In this document: in pieces, positions 37,254-46,308 of the stretch
Position numbering within the stretch: position 1 is the stretch's first letter
Layout: every line of letters starts with the position of its first letter
DNA from: Candidatus Thorarchaeota archaeon
GTDB lineage: Archaea > Asgardarchaeota > Thorarchaeia > Thorarchaeales > Thorarchaeaceae
Direction: 5' to 3'
DNA: 64,000 bases
Assembly (NCBI GenBank): GCA_046482545.1
Contig: JAWOEX010000021.1
Coordinates: forward strand, 160,001 to 224,000
Position numbers and translations under genes: made by a program
Notes under the pieces: generated by a model
Databases searched by the model: none
What the model saw: the letters and a program-made list of their open reading frames with translations, nothing else
What the model was told of the DNA's origin: nothing

Positions 37254-38560
37254 TCCGTCCCCTCCTCAAGTAGATCATCATAAACAAGCTTGTCTTTGTC
37301 AGGGTTAACTGAAGCTCTTAGGGCTTTTACAGTAATCGCAACAAGTGTATCAACATCCAGTGATTCGTCCAGTTCGAGTGTGTCAAGATAATTTTGAAAG
37401 TCCTTTTCTGGGTCTTCGATAAGATACTCACTCTGGATTTCGGGATAAGCAGCTTTCACATGTTCTGTATCCTCTTGTTTTATGCTCCAAACCAGCTGAA
37501 CGAGGTTGTAACCTGACTCTTGGGATAGAAGACGCATCCTTAGCGTTTCCATGGCCATGTTGAGATCCATCGAAGTGAGCTTTGCTGAGTTGCCTTGGAA
37601 GATTAGTCTGACTCGGGCGGCTGTGTCAGGGTTCCAATCAGCTCGAATTCCCTTGTCAACAAGCCAGCCTTCTACGTGCTCGATTATGGATTCGATGGTG
37701 TCATCCTTTTCTATCTCGATTCTCTCGTTATAGACAGGACGGGAGAATTCGAGATGATGAGGATGTACGTTAGGCTTTTTGCCCGACTCCAAATCAATGA
37801 CCAAGAATCCTTTTTTGTGCTTTACTTCGTCGAATCTCCATCGTTCAGGTGAACCAGCATACCAAGCCCTGTCAGAGTACTTGTGTTGGTGATGATCATG
37901 ACCAAGAGCGATGTAATCATAGCCCACGCTGAACATCTGCTCATACAGACTCTTGTCGAGAGTCATCCCATGTGCCACCCCGATAGATAGGCGATTACTG
38001 TCTGGCTTTTGATGAGTGAGTATCCAATCGTTGAAGTTGGCTACATTATTGCTTTTTTCAAGAACCGAGTGCTCCAAGAATGGAAAGCAGTATACGTCAA
38101 GCTCATCATATGAATGGACTAAGGGTTCGCCATTGGCAAATGCTTTCTTCAAGTCCATCTGAGTGGCAACATCCAAACCGGGGATTGACATCTCCAACGG
38201 ATTCAGAAGAGAAACATCCAGAGTACGATAGAGACCGTGATTCCCTTCTATAATCAGAATGGGTACTCCGGTGCTCTTAATGAACTCCTGCATAACTGAG
38301 AGAGCAGTTTCTTGAGCAACTACGGGAGGTTGTGATGGATTGTTTTCCCAAGGTGAATCATATAGATCTCCAGCATGCACAACCAAATCAGGTAGGGGAT
38401 CCAAGTTAGCAATTTTAGCGAAAATATCTTCAAACCTATCGTAGAAATCATGTTCCAAAAGACGACTTCTGAGCTCAACACGCCAGGCGTTATGTTTGAC
38501 GCCTTCTCGGAACCTTGTGCCGAGATGTGTATCAGAAATGTGCGCTATTCGAGCTTCCAA
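37250..38560 (-). CDS. mre11: Mre11 nuclease
   Basis: 'HISDTHLG', 'AGDLYD', 'GNH', 'AHG', 'ALGHDH', 'YAGSPE'. Confidence 0.9.
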   Translation of the reverse strand: MEARIAHISDTHLGTRFREGVKHNAWRVELRSRLLEHDFYDRFEDIFAKIANLDPLPDLVVHAGDLYDSPWENNPSQPPVVAQETALSVMQEFIKSTGVPILIIEGNHGLYRTLDVSLLNPLEMSIPGLDVATQMDLKKAFANGEPLVHSYDELDVYCFPFLEHSVLEKSNNVANFNDWILTHQKPDSNRLSIGVAHGMTLDKSLYEQMFSVGYDYIALGHDHHQHKYSDRAWYAGSPERWRFDEVKHKKGFLVIDLESGKKPNVHPHHLEFSRPVYNERIEIEKDDTIESIIEHVEGWLVDKGIRADWNPDTAARVRLIFQGNSAKLTSMDLNMAMETLRMRLLSQESGYNLVQLVWSIKQEDTEHVKAAYPEIQSEYLIEDPEKDFQNYLDTLELDESLDVDTLVAITVKALRASVNPDKDKLVYDDLLEEGTE

Positions 38561-38571
38561 TTTGGCCGTCC

Positions 38572-40326
38572 TCAGATAATGTGTTTTTCAGAGTCATTTC
38601 CAGAACTGCTTTTGTAATTTCCTTTGTCACGCCTATAGATGTCATCGAAAAGGGGTATTTTCACAGGAATTGGCATTTCTCTGTAGGAGGCTGTGAGTAC
38701 AGCTTCCCCCCGCGACATGACGCGGAATTCATTCTCAAATCCTGCTATATTTACACTCGCATTTTCGATGCAGGAGGCGATTTCCCGTTCATTTCCTAAT
38801 CTCAGATTGATTTCCGTATTCATCTGACTCAAGATTACATTGTCGAGGACACTCACCTGTTGGCTAATTACCAACAGCCCAATGTTAAATTTCCGTCCCT
38901 GTCGTGAAATGTCTTTGAATACTGAACGTCCCCGCATCAGCTCAGGATTCAAAATGGATGGAGCCTCTTCAACAGTCACCTGAATGACAGGAAGGTTTTT
39001 CGGATCCATTACTGGGGAATCATTGGCGGTTCCGCTAATACCGTAGAATGACTTGGCTTTCTTTTTGACTCTCTTAAAGAGACTAGCAGGTAATCTCCTC
39101 TGGCCCTGTTTTTCGAAGTCTCCAATGTTTCCACTGCTCTTCAATGCCCGTCGAAGGTCTGAAAGCGTTCTTGTGACCACAGTTGTCAAGAGGAACTGCT
39201 CCATATCTCCCATCAGGCTGGTGTTCACAACAAGTATCCGCCCTCGTTCCATTGCTTCAAAGATATCATCCAGAATAGAATTACCGGATTTTGCAAACAC
39301 AGGAGAACGCTCAACAAATCGTAGTCTTCTCTTGACAGCACGGAATGTTCCCTTTGTCGTCCAACCCGGACAGTCCTCCATGTCGAGAATGTCCGCTATC
39401 CAATCCTCTCCAGATTTGGAATACTGCCCATCGATGAAAGCTATCATTTGACCTGTGAAATCCATGATGGAATACAGATCTCTTGGCTTGATTTCCGCCC
39501 ATAAAATGCGTAGTTCTCGTGCATACCTGCGTATTTCTCTACTTGTAGCCGCCAGATGGGTTGTAAGGTAGTAGAAATCGCCAATGACCTTTGAGCGGGT
39601 CGTATCATCCATTTCCGCAACTATGTCTTGTATTCCGCATTCATCAACGCCAGTGGCAAATTCGTCGTGAGGGTCAATACAGAAAGCCGAAAGTCTAGTT
39701 CCACTATCACCGCTTCGTGATGCCTTAAGATTGGCATCGATGAATGACTTGATCAGTACCATCATCAGGTTACTCTTCCCAGCACCAGTGGCACCAAAAA
39801 TGCCGACATGCATTGGAAAATATTCAGCCTGCATTCTTACTGGAACTTCGAGTGTAGATTCGCCAACCTGCAAATCTCCACAGTACACTTCTCCTCCCGT
39901 CTGTGATGAAAGCATCTCTCGAACCAAAGAATCTGATTTTCCAGATATCGGACGGTAAACATCAGCAAGATGATCGGGCAGCCGTCGAGGGGAATTGAAT
40001 ACCCATTTACCCCCACGCCGCTCTGCATATCCGAGCAATCTTCCTTCCACCGAGAGCAACATGTTTCGTTCGATTCCCGATAGATAAGAATCACCCTCAA
40101 CCATAAGCGTTCCAGCCACCCGAGAGAGATTCTCCACTTGTCTCAGATAATTCTCTAATCCAAGGACACGGAAGAAAAAGATTCGCTCGTTGTCATCGCG
40201 GCAGGAATACACCATAAAGATTTCCCCAACGGCGATGTCTCTATTGGTACCCATTATTCCCAAGTGGGTTTGGTTACCAGTTCCAACCTTGCCGAAATGT
40301 TCCCCAAGTTTTGCTTTATCCATCAT
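38572..40326 (-). CDS. herA: HerA bipolar helicase/translocase
   Basis: HAS-barrel N-terminus, 'HVGIFGATGAGKS', 'DPHDEF', 'VEEA', 'RQGRKF', 'ISQQ', 'SQMNT'. Confidence 0.9.
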   Translation of the reverse strand: MMDKAKLGEHFGKVGTGNQTHLGIMGTNRDIAVGEIFMVYSCRDDNERIFFFRVLGLENYLRQVENLSRVAGTLMVEGDSYLSGIERNMLLSVEGRLLGYAERRGGKWVFNSPRRLPDHLADVYRPISGKSDSLVREMLSSQTGGEVYCGDLQVGESTLEVPVRMQAEYFPMHVGIFGATGAGKSNLMMVLIKSFIDANLKASRSGDSGTRLSAFCIDPHDEFATGVDECGIQDIVAEMDDTTRSKVIGDFYYLTTHLAATSREIRRYARELRILWAEIKPRDLYSIMDFTGQMIAFIDGQYSKSGEDWIADILDMEDCPGWTTKGTFRAVKRRLRFVERSPVFAKSGNSILDDIFEAMERGRILVVNTSLMGDMEQFLLTTVVTRTLSDLRRALKSSGNIGDFEKQGQRRLPASLFKRVKKKAKSFYGISGTANDSPVMDPKNLPVIQVTVEEAPSILNPELMRGRSVFKDISRQGRKFNIGLLVISQQVSVLDNVILSQMNTEINLRLGNEREIASCIENASVNIAGFENEFRVMSRGEAVLTASYREMPIPVKIPLFDDIYRRDKGNYKSSSGNDSEKHII

Positions 40327-40343
40327 AATTCACCATCACGTTT

Positions 40344-41636
40344 CTATAGATTGTAGTCATCTCTCATTGGAGAAGTCTTCTCTGAACCCAGTTCCATTTC
40401 ATGCCGTACTTCTCTACAGACTTCTTGAGCTAACTTCACATCTTCGTAGCGTAGTTTACATTTCTCATGAGCAAGAGCCAGTGGTACAGGATATCCGTAC
40501 CAGCGAGCATCTCGGGACATGAACTCGATTTCTCTAAAGAGTTCTTTCTCATTCTTGCGAGTAGCATCTGGGTCATCCTTGACAAATATGTTGTGTAACC
40601 ACCACTTTCGATCGAAATCGATTCGAGACGGGCGATTCTCAGCAGAGAATCTGTATAGATAAGGAACACCGAGTCTTGGCGGAATGTAGGTCCTATCTGT
40701 ATAGATATGAAGGCCTCCACCCGGGTCTTCCTCGCTCGGAAGACGACAGAACCACTTTGCGTTGATGCCGTGCTCTTCTTTGGCTATCATAGCGATACGA
40801 TGTGCGAATGGAATGGTATGATGCTTGCTTACAGCACCGAGGATAACACCTTTCTGCCTAGCAAGTTCACACAACTCTCGAAGCATGAAGCCACTTGGCA
40901 TGAAAGGAAACCGTTTCTTAGGATGCGTATACACATACAAAGCTCCGTCCAATAGTAAGAATTTCGGTGAGATGTCACTAGTTAAGACATGTCTTGCAGC
41001 TGCATATTCAGAGGATTTGCGTAGCTCGTCATGGACGATGGAATTCGATAATCCCCGTTCTCCAGAAATCAGAGTGTGCATATTTTTGAGGTCGGGCAGG
41101 AATTTAGTGTATTTTGTTCCTTTCAAATCAGAAATGGATTTGATGTTTTCATCTTTTTCATAATCCCGGAAAAAAGGCAATACTAAGGTGCTCATGTATT
41201 TGCCGGGATAGATATCCTCTAGCTTCTCACCCATCTTTTTCCTTGCATCTCCTCGTATGCGGGAGTGCCAATGAGGATCCAACTTGGGCTGATCTCCCAA
41301 TTCTTGTTCGAGCTCAGAGCCAATGGGTTCGAAAGGCTTGCCGTCTGATGTGCTGGTATTAACCACTACTGTCGCTGTGCTGAATAAATGAATCCGGACA
41401 TCATCCAGCTGCATGAGACTGTCAGTTCCGGAGCCGTCAACGGCTGCAATCCTATAGTCCTCATCAAGCTTTGTGCCTGAGGGATAGGGCTCGATTACAT
41501 CAAGAAGTTCATCTCGTATTCGCTCCTCATCATGGGCGAATTCCTGCTCGTCACGGAGGTCCAGCTGATTCTGGATATCCGTAAAGAGGGTTCTAAGCGT
41601 CCGTTTGAAACCATCGGTAAGTATTTTCTCAAGCAT
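40344..41636 (-). CDS. nurA: NurA nuclease
   Basis: 'AAVDGS', 'LLLDGAL', 'GAVSK', 'GYPVPLALAH'; first gene of the operon. Confidence 0.88.
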   Translation of the reverse strand: MLEKILTDGFKRTLRTLFTDIQNQLDLRDEQEFAHDEERIRDELLDVIEPYPSGTKLDEDYRIAAVDGSGTDSLMQLDDVRIHLFSTATVVVNTSTSDGKPFEPIGSELEQELGDQPKLDPHWHSRIRGDARKKMGEKLEDIYPGKYMSTLVLPFFRDYEKDENIKSISDLKGTKYTKFLPDLKNMHTLISGERGLSNSIVHDELRKSSEYAAARHVLTSDISPKFLLLDGALYVYTHPKKRFPFMPSGFMLRELCELARQKGVILGAVSKHHTIPFAHRIAMIAKEEHGINAKWFCRLPSEEDPGGGLHIYTDRTYIPPRLGVPYLYRFSAENRPSRIDFDRKWWLHNIFVKDDPDATRKNEKELFREIEFMSRDARWYGYPVPLALAHEKCKLRYEDVKLAQEVCREVRHEMELGSEKTSPMRDDYNL

Positions 41637-41742
41637 CTAATCATCCCTTGACATAACGTGGTTTGCTCACTTGCCCTACATTTTGTATTCGTTCCGCAGT
41701 CATAAAAAGGTAGCACTCGGAATAGATGAGTGGAGACCGAGA

Positions 41743-42807
41743 TTGGGTGTTAATCTTCAGAATTTTGGCAAAAAAATCGTCCACGAAGGGATATTACAGA
41801 AAAAGACCAAGCGGGGTTCACAGTGTCTAACCTGCGGCCATGAATGCATAATACAGGAAGGAAAACTCGGGTTTTGTAAGACAAGGACCAACTCAAATGG
41901 GTCAATCTATACCCTAGTATATGGGAATATCTCGTCAATTAGCAACAATCCAATTGAGAAAAAGCCAATCTATCATTTCGCTCCCGGTACCAGGGCACTA
42001 ACCGTGGGCAGCTGGAGATGTAATGCAACATGCGGTTTCTGCCAGAATTCCGACATATCAAAGACTGCGCCAACACCAGACAACGCCAATTTCATGTCTC
42101 CCGTGTCCTTCGTTGAGGAAGCAAGAAGGCGGGGTTCACAAGGTACCTCTGTCTCTCTAAATGAAGCTGCAACGCTCATGCTGGAGTGGAACATAGAGAT
42201 GTTTGAAGATGCCAAGGAAGAAGGACTGTACAATACAATTGTGACGAATGGCTACATGAGCAAGAAGGCAAGTGAGTTGATGGTAGATGCGGGCTTGGAT
42301 GCGGCGAACATCGACATTAAGGGGTGTCAGGAAGGTGTGAAAAGGGAATGTGGCATCGACGTGGAACTGGTCTGGCAAAATGCTGTAAGAATGAAGGAAA
42401 AGGGGGTTCATGTGGAACTAACCACGTTAATGGTTCCCGGGTTGAGTGATGACCTTTCATGCATAGAATCTATAGCAGAACGGATTAGTCATGATTTAGG
42501 ACCTTCCACTCCTTGGCACATCAGCAGATATTTCCCGGCTTTTGAGTATAGCACACCACCAACTGAAATCGAAAATCTGTTCGCTGCAAAGCAGATAGGC
42601 GAAGATAAGGGGCTCCATTATGTGTATGTTGGCAATGTCTACTCCAAGAATCTACAAAATACGGTATGTCCGTCCTGTGGTAGCCTATGCTATGAGCGAT
42701 CCTCTATGGTCTCCATCAATAAGGGACTCACTGAGGACGGTTGTTGTGCATCTTGCGGTGCTGACCTCGATTTTTCAGGACTGCATGGCAAATGGGAACA
42801 GGAATGA
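41743..42807 (+). CDS. amrS: AmmeMemoRadiSam system radical SAM enzyme
   Basis: 'CLTCGHEC...GFCKTR', 'NPIEKKPIYHFAPG', 'CNATCGFCQN', 'ANIDIKG', 'PWHISRYFP', 'YVYVGN'; TTG start chosen from RBS. Confidence 0.85.
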   Translation: MGVNLQNFGKKIVHEGILQKKTKRGSQCLTCGHECIIQEGKLGFCKTRTNSNGSIYTLVYGNISSISNNPIEKKPIYHFAPGTRALTVGSWRCNATCGFCQNSDISKTAPTPDNANFMSPVSFVEEARRRGSQGTSVSLNEAATLMLEWNIEMFEDAKEEGLYNTIVTNGYMSKKASELMVDAGLDAANIDIKGCQEGVKRECGIDVELVWQNAVRMKEKGVHVELTTLMVPGLSDDLSCIESIAERISHDLGPSTPWHISRYFPAFEYSTPPTEIENLFAAKQIGEDKGLHYVYVGNVYSKNLQNTVCPSCGSLCYERSSMVSINKGLTEDGCCASCGADLDFSGLHGKWEQE

Positions 42808-42840
42808 TTTGTAGAGGGATCTGCAAACAATGCCGTAGTA

Positions 42841-43179
42841 CTAAGTCTCTTCCTCCAACGCTTCTATTTCTTGTCGAGTGGCTTCAAGCTCAGCGTCTAT
42901 GTCTTCAAGGGGGATGTAGTCTTCATCCTCATCCGCCCTGTGCGTATCTAACGTATACATGACATTGAAGCCTGCTAATGTTTTATGGAGTGCATTCGAA
43001 ATCTCCAAAATAGCATTCGTAATGTCATCTTGGACATCTTCATTATGCTCATAAACAAAATCATAGGCGCCTCTTATAGGGGTGAATCCAAGTTCGAGTA
43101 ACTTATGAATGACTTCGCTAGGTGCTGCACCTTCACTGTTGAACCATATACTGAGTCTCGTAATGAACTTCGAGGACAT
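42841..43179 (-). CDS. Conserved archaeal hypothetical protein with acidic tail
   Basis: 'FNSEGAAPSEV...LGFTPIRGAYDFVY...HKTLAG' pattern. Confidence 0.6.
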   Translation of the reverse strand: MSSKFITRLSIWFNSEGAAPSEVIHKLLELGFTPIRGAYDFVYEHNEDVQDDITNAILEISNALHKTLAGFNVMYTLDTHRADEDEDYIPLEDIDAELEATRQEIEALEEET

Positions 43180-43255
43180 TTCTTCACACTCCGGTTTTTT
43201 CGTGACAGGTGTAAGCTCACTACAGTTCCTATAAGACTTTGCTACACGTTATACT

Positions 43256-44341
43256 TCATCGTCCATGAGGTAACAAGGATAGGTCTTCATGTTCAAGAGT
43301 ATGCTGCCAGAAGTTACGACAATCGCATTCAATCTCGGTCAGCGATTCAGGATTTTGAGTCAAAGAGAATTCACTGATTGCCTTTGAAAAAGAATCATCA
43401 CATTCCCCACAGTTGTGAGGTCCGCGCCGTTTGCCGGGAGCAACAGGATCACAAATTATTCGTACATCAGGCTTTACTTCTTGTCGTGCTCTCCTCAACA
43501 CCTCGGAAACAGTCCAGAGCCAGGCTGGCCGATAATCCCGCCGATACCAAAGCCGCTCAACAACTGTGTCTTTCTGAACCGCAACAGGATTAACTGACAC
43601 GGTACTTGCACCTAAATCAGCTGCATCTTTGATGCTCTGAACACCATCCAGAAGTGCCTGCCTTTCGGTCAGAAACGGCGGCTTGATTAGAATATAGGAT
43701 CTGATGTCAAGACCGGCCAAGGTAGTGATATCCACAGCCCTCTTGAAATCTTCAAGTGTGAATCCTTTGTTGATGAAGACTTCCCGTACAACATCATTAC
43801 TGCTTTCAAGCCCAATTGCTATCTCAACAACTTTCCCCGCAAGTGTCTTGTTGATCTCCTCAAGAATAGTGGTCTTAACAAACTCAGGGCGTGATTCGAG
43901 AACCACTTCGTGTACGCGCTCATCGTCGGAGAGTATATCGAGAATCTTCCGTCGAGCCTCAAGGGGAACTTCTTCAGAGTCAAGGAAGCTTCCACTAGTG
44001 TAGATTTTAACAGAAAGAGGTGGTTCCTTATGGTCCAGCTTCATCAAAGCTTTCTCAAACTGCTTCACAAGATTGCTGGAACTTATCTGTTCTGCAGCTC
44101 CGTCCAGTAAATAGCTGCACATGGTGCAACCACCCTGAGGACCTCTTGCGTGAGAACAGCCTACGGTTGCGAGAACAACAGATAGCGCATTGCCAATTTT
44201 TCGCCCAATTTTAGCTCGCGTAACCCATGCTGCAGAAGGTTGGGTAGGATCTGAGTGTCGTCTCTTTGATAACGATCGTTCCCGTTCCTCTAATGCAGCC
44301 TGCGTCAGAAGTTCGCTCATTTCGTCCAAAGTGTACCCCAC
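43256..44341 (-). CDS. Archaeosine biosynthesis radical SAM protein RaSEA
   Basis: 'TVGCSHARGPQGGCTMCSY', 'KIYTSGSFLD', 'ESRPEF', 'KPPFLTE', 'RGPHNCGECD'; downstream of arcS. Confidence 0.88.
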   Translation of the reverse strand: MGYTLDEMSELLTQAALEERERSLSKRRHSDPTQPSAAWVTRAKIGRKIGNALSVVLATVGCSHARGPQGGCTMCSYLLDGAAEQISSSNLVKQFEKALMKLDHKEPPLSVKIYTSGSFLDSEEVPLEARRKILDILSDDERVHEVVLESRPEFVKTTILEEINKTLAGKVVEIAIGLESSNDVVREVFINKGFTLEDFKRAVDITTLAGLDIRSYILIKPPFLTERQALLDGVQSIKDAADLGASTVSVNPVAVQKDTVVERLWYRRDYRPAWLWTVSEVLRRARQEVKPDVRIICDPVAPGKRRGPHNCGECDDSFSKAISEFSLTQNPESLTEIECDCRNFWQHTLEHEDLSLLPHGR

Positions 44342-44346
44342 GTTAT

Positions 44347-46290
44347 TCAGCTCCTTTTGTGCCTTAGATGCACTGCTAGCCCATTCTCGAACTCACACAT
44401 CTCGCGCCCAGACATCTCACTTTTCCCAACAGCAATGACACATTCATCGCGGTCCAGTACGATAACCTCATCACCTGGCCTAATTACGTCATCAGCATCC
44501 TCAATACCGACAGCAAAAAGTGAACTTCCTCTTAGTTTTGAGCCGTCAAAACCAATTCTAACCGAGTATCGGCCCATCTTCGAAAGCTTCCTTCCGCCAG
44601 CATTGGTTAGAGAGAGAGAACCGTTGTCTCCTACGAAAGTGCAGACTTGCTCTCCGTCAACTTCACAAACCACAGTTCGGTATAATCGGCCCCGAAAATC
44701 AGCATCATCTGGAATGAGTAATTCCCCAGCACCTGCTCCAAACTGGTAATCTGCAGTAGCCCTGAGCGTGTCTTTGAATTCGGTTGGATTGTGATATTCG
44801 ATGTTCAAAACCTTTTTCATGTCGTAAAGTGTTTCACGAAGTGCAGCCAGAGAATTCCGTGCTGTAGCATGTCCATCGGCAATAGAGTAGATTATGCTTT
44901 GCGAAATCTCAGACTCTGCAACCTTTACTGCATCAGTATACCCTCCAGATACATGTGCTACAACAACAATTGATTCGTCGTACTTCTGAAGAATGGTAGC
45001 AAGAGCATCTGCAGCAATCTTGAGCTCCTCTTCATCCCACTCCCCTGTTACAGGAATGTCATATTGGGCAACTGGATATACCCGTTCTAGCTCACGAGGA
45101 ATAACGCCCAAAGGAGATGTTAGAATGACTTCCGAAAGCGCGGATTTTTCTCTTCCCAATCCTGCCTGTATTGCTCGTTCAAATTTCCTGTGCGATCTAG
45201 ATTCTGAATACGGCTTCTTGGCAGAACATGGAAGTAATAGTACCAGTCGCTTGTTAGTTGGTGGTGAATAACGTGATGCAACAAAGTCCCTGAAACGACG
45301 GACTGCAGGAGCGTGATATGATTCAGGGCCAATCAGGTTTAACGACCTATCACCTGTTGTTGGAGTGAACTCCTCTAGGTAGTTGTACAGTTTTCTGTCA
45401 ATCCGTCGGAGAGCAGCTGCAGAAGCAGGGCTTGAGTGTGTGAAAGCCTCAACTAGCCATCTGAGTTTCCCTCTACGTAGTGCATCAACACCCTTTGACT
45501 TGACTTGCCGGTACATATTGAGATTATGTTCAAAGAGTCTCTCTTCAAACTCAGAGCTGGATATATCTTTCACATTCGTGATTTTGGCGCAAGCATCACA
45601 AGGACAGAAACGGAGAGGAACATGATCCTCAATTCTTTCAGCATCCAGTTCCCACAATCGTTTCTTGTGGAGAGCGGCTAGATGAGCATAGCCAACATCG
45701 AAAACGTCAACACCCAGATAGTATAGTAGGGGAACCAGCCACGGTTGAATTTTGCCAAGACCGATTGTAAGCCAGTTGGAAGGTAATTCAGCCCTGAAAC
45801 GGATTCCATTGAAATCTCTTGGACCAAGATTTCCGTTGAAAGAAAATGCTGCAGCCCTTACCCCCAATCCATGAAGATCTTCAACTACGTCGAGCATGCC
45901 ATTCTTCTTCGCACCTGCAGGTACCCGCAAGATGAGACGAGCAGGGTCAATCTGTCTACTCCATTGCCGGGCCAAGTCCACTTGCCGCTCTAGCAGGTAC
46001 TGAGCCATATAAGAGATAGAATCTGATGAGTATGCCACAGATGGAAGGAGAATCATATGCTCGTGATCTTCAAGAGGGGCTACATTGGTTTCCTTGTGAA
46101 ACACAGTTGAAAGGATGCCCATATCTGGAATTTTCACATCGTTTCCTGAGTAACCAATGTGCTGAAACCCTTCTACCCCCCTATATCCTAGAGCAAGAAG
46201 AGCTGGAAGATTCACGCGGTGCTTCTCAGTCTTGTATTCACCAATTCTAGCGGGGCCATCGTGACCTTCACCAATAAGAAATTCGTTCAA
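44347..46290 (-). CDS. arcS: Archaeosine synthase subunit alpha (TGT-like + PUA)
   Basis: 'HDGPARIG', 'LLPCSAKKPYSESRSH', 'TSPLGVIPRELE..YP..YDIPVTGEW', 'DYQFG', C-terminal PUA. Confidence 0.9.
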   Translation of the reverse strand: MNEFLIGEGHDGPARIGEYKTEKHRVNLPALLALGYRGVEGFQHIGYSGNDVKIPDMGILSTVFHKETNVAPLEDHEHMILLPSVAYSSDSISYMAQYLLERQVDLARQWSRQIDPARLILRVPAGAKKNGMLDVVEDLHGLGVRAAAFSFNGNLGPRDFNGIRFRAELPSNWLTIGLGKIQPWLVPLLYYLGVDVFDVGYAHLAALHKKRLWELDAERIEDHVPLRFCPCDACAKITNVKDISSSEFEERLFEHNLNMYRQVKSKGVDALRRGKLRWLVEAFTHSSPASAAALRRIDRKLYNYLEEFTPTTGDRSLNLIGPESYHAPAVRRFRDFVASRYSPPTNKRLVLLLPCSAKKPYSESRSHRKFERAIQAGLGREKSALSEVILTSPLGVIPRELERVYPVAQYDIPVTGEWDEEELKIAADALATILQKYDESIVVVAHVSGGYTDAVKVAESEISQSIIYSIADGHATARNSLAALRETLYDMKKVLNIEYHNPTEFKDTLRATADYQFGAGAGELLIPDDADFRGRLYRTVVCEVDGEQVCTFVGDNGSLSLTNAGGRKLSKMGRYSVRIGFDGSKLRGSSLFAVGIEDADDVIRPGDEVIVLDRDECVIAVGKSEMSGREMCEFENGLAVHLRHKRS

Positions 46291-46308
46291 TTATCTATCC
46301 TCCGTAAA

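Noticed and set aside
35166-41636. Interpreting HerA/NurA/SMC-like genes as an anti-phage defence island
   Set aside because: Gene set and order match the housekeeping archaeal double-strand-break resection operon
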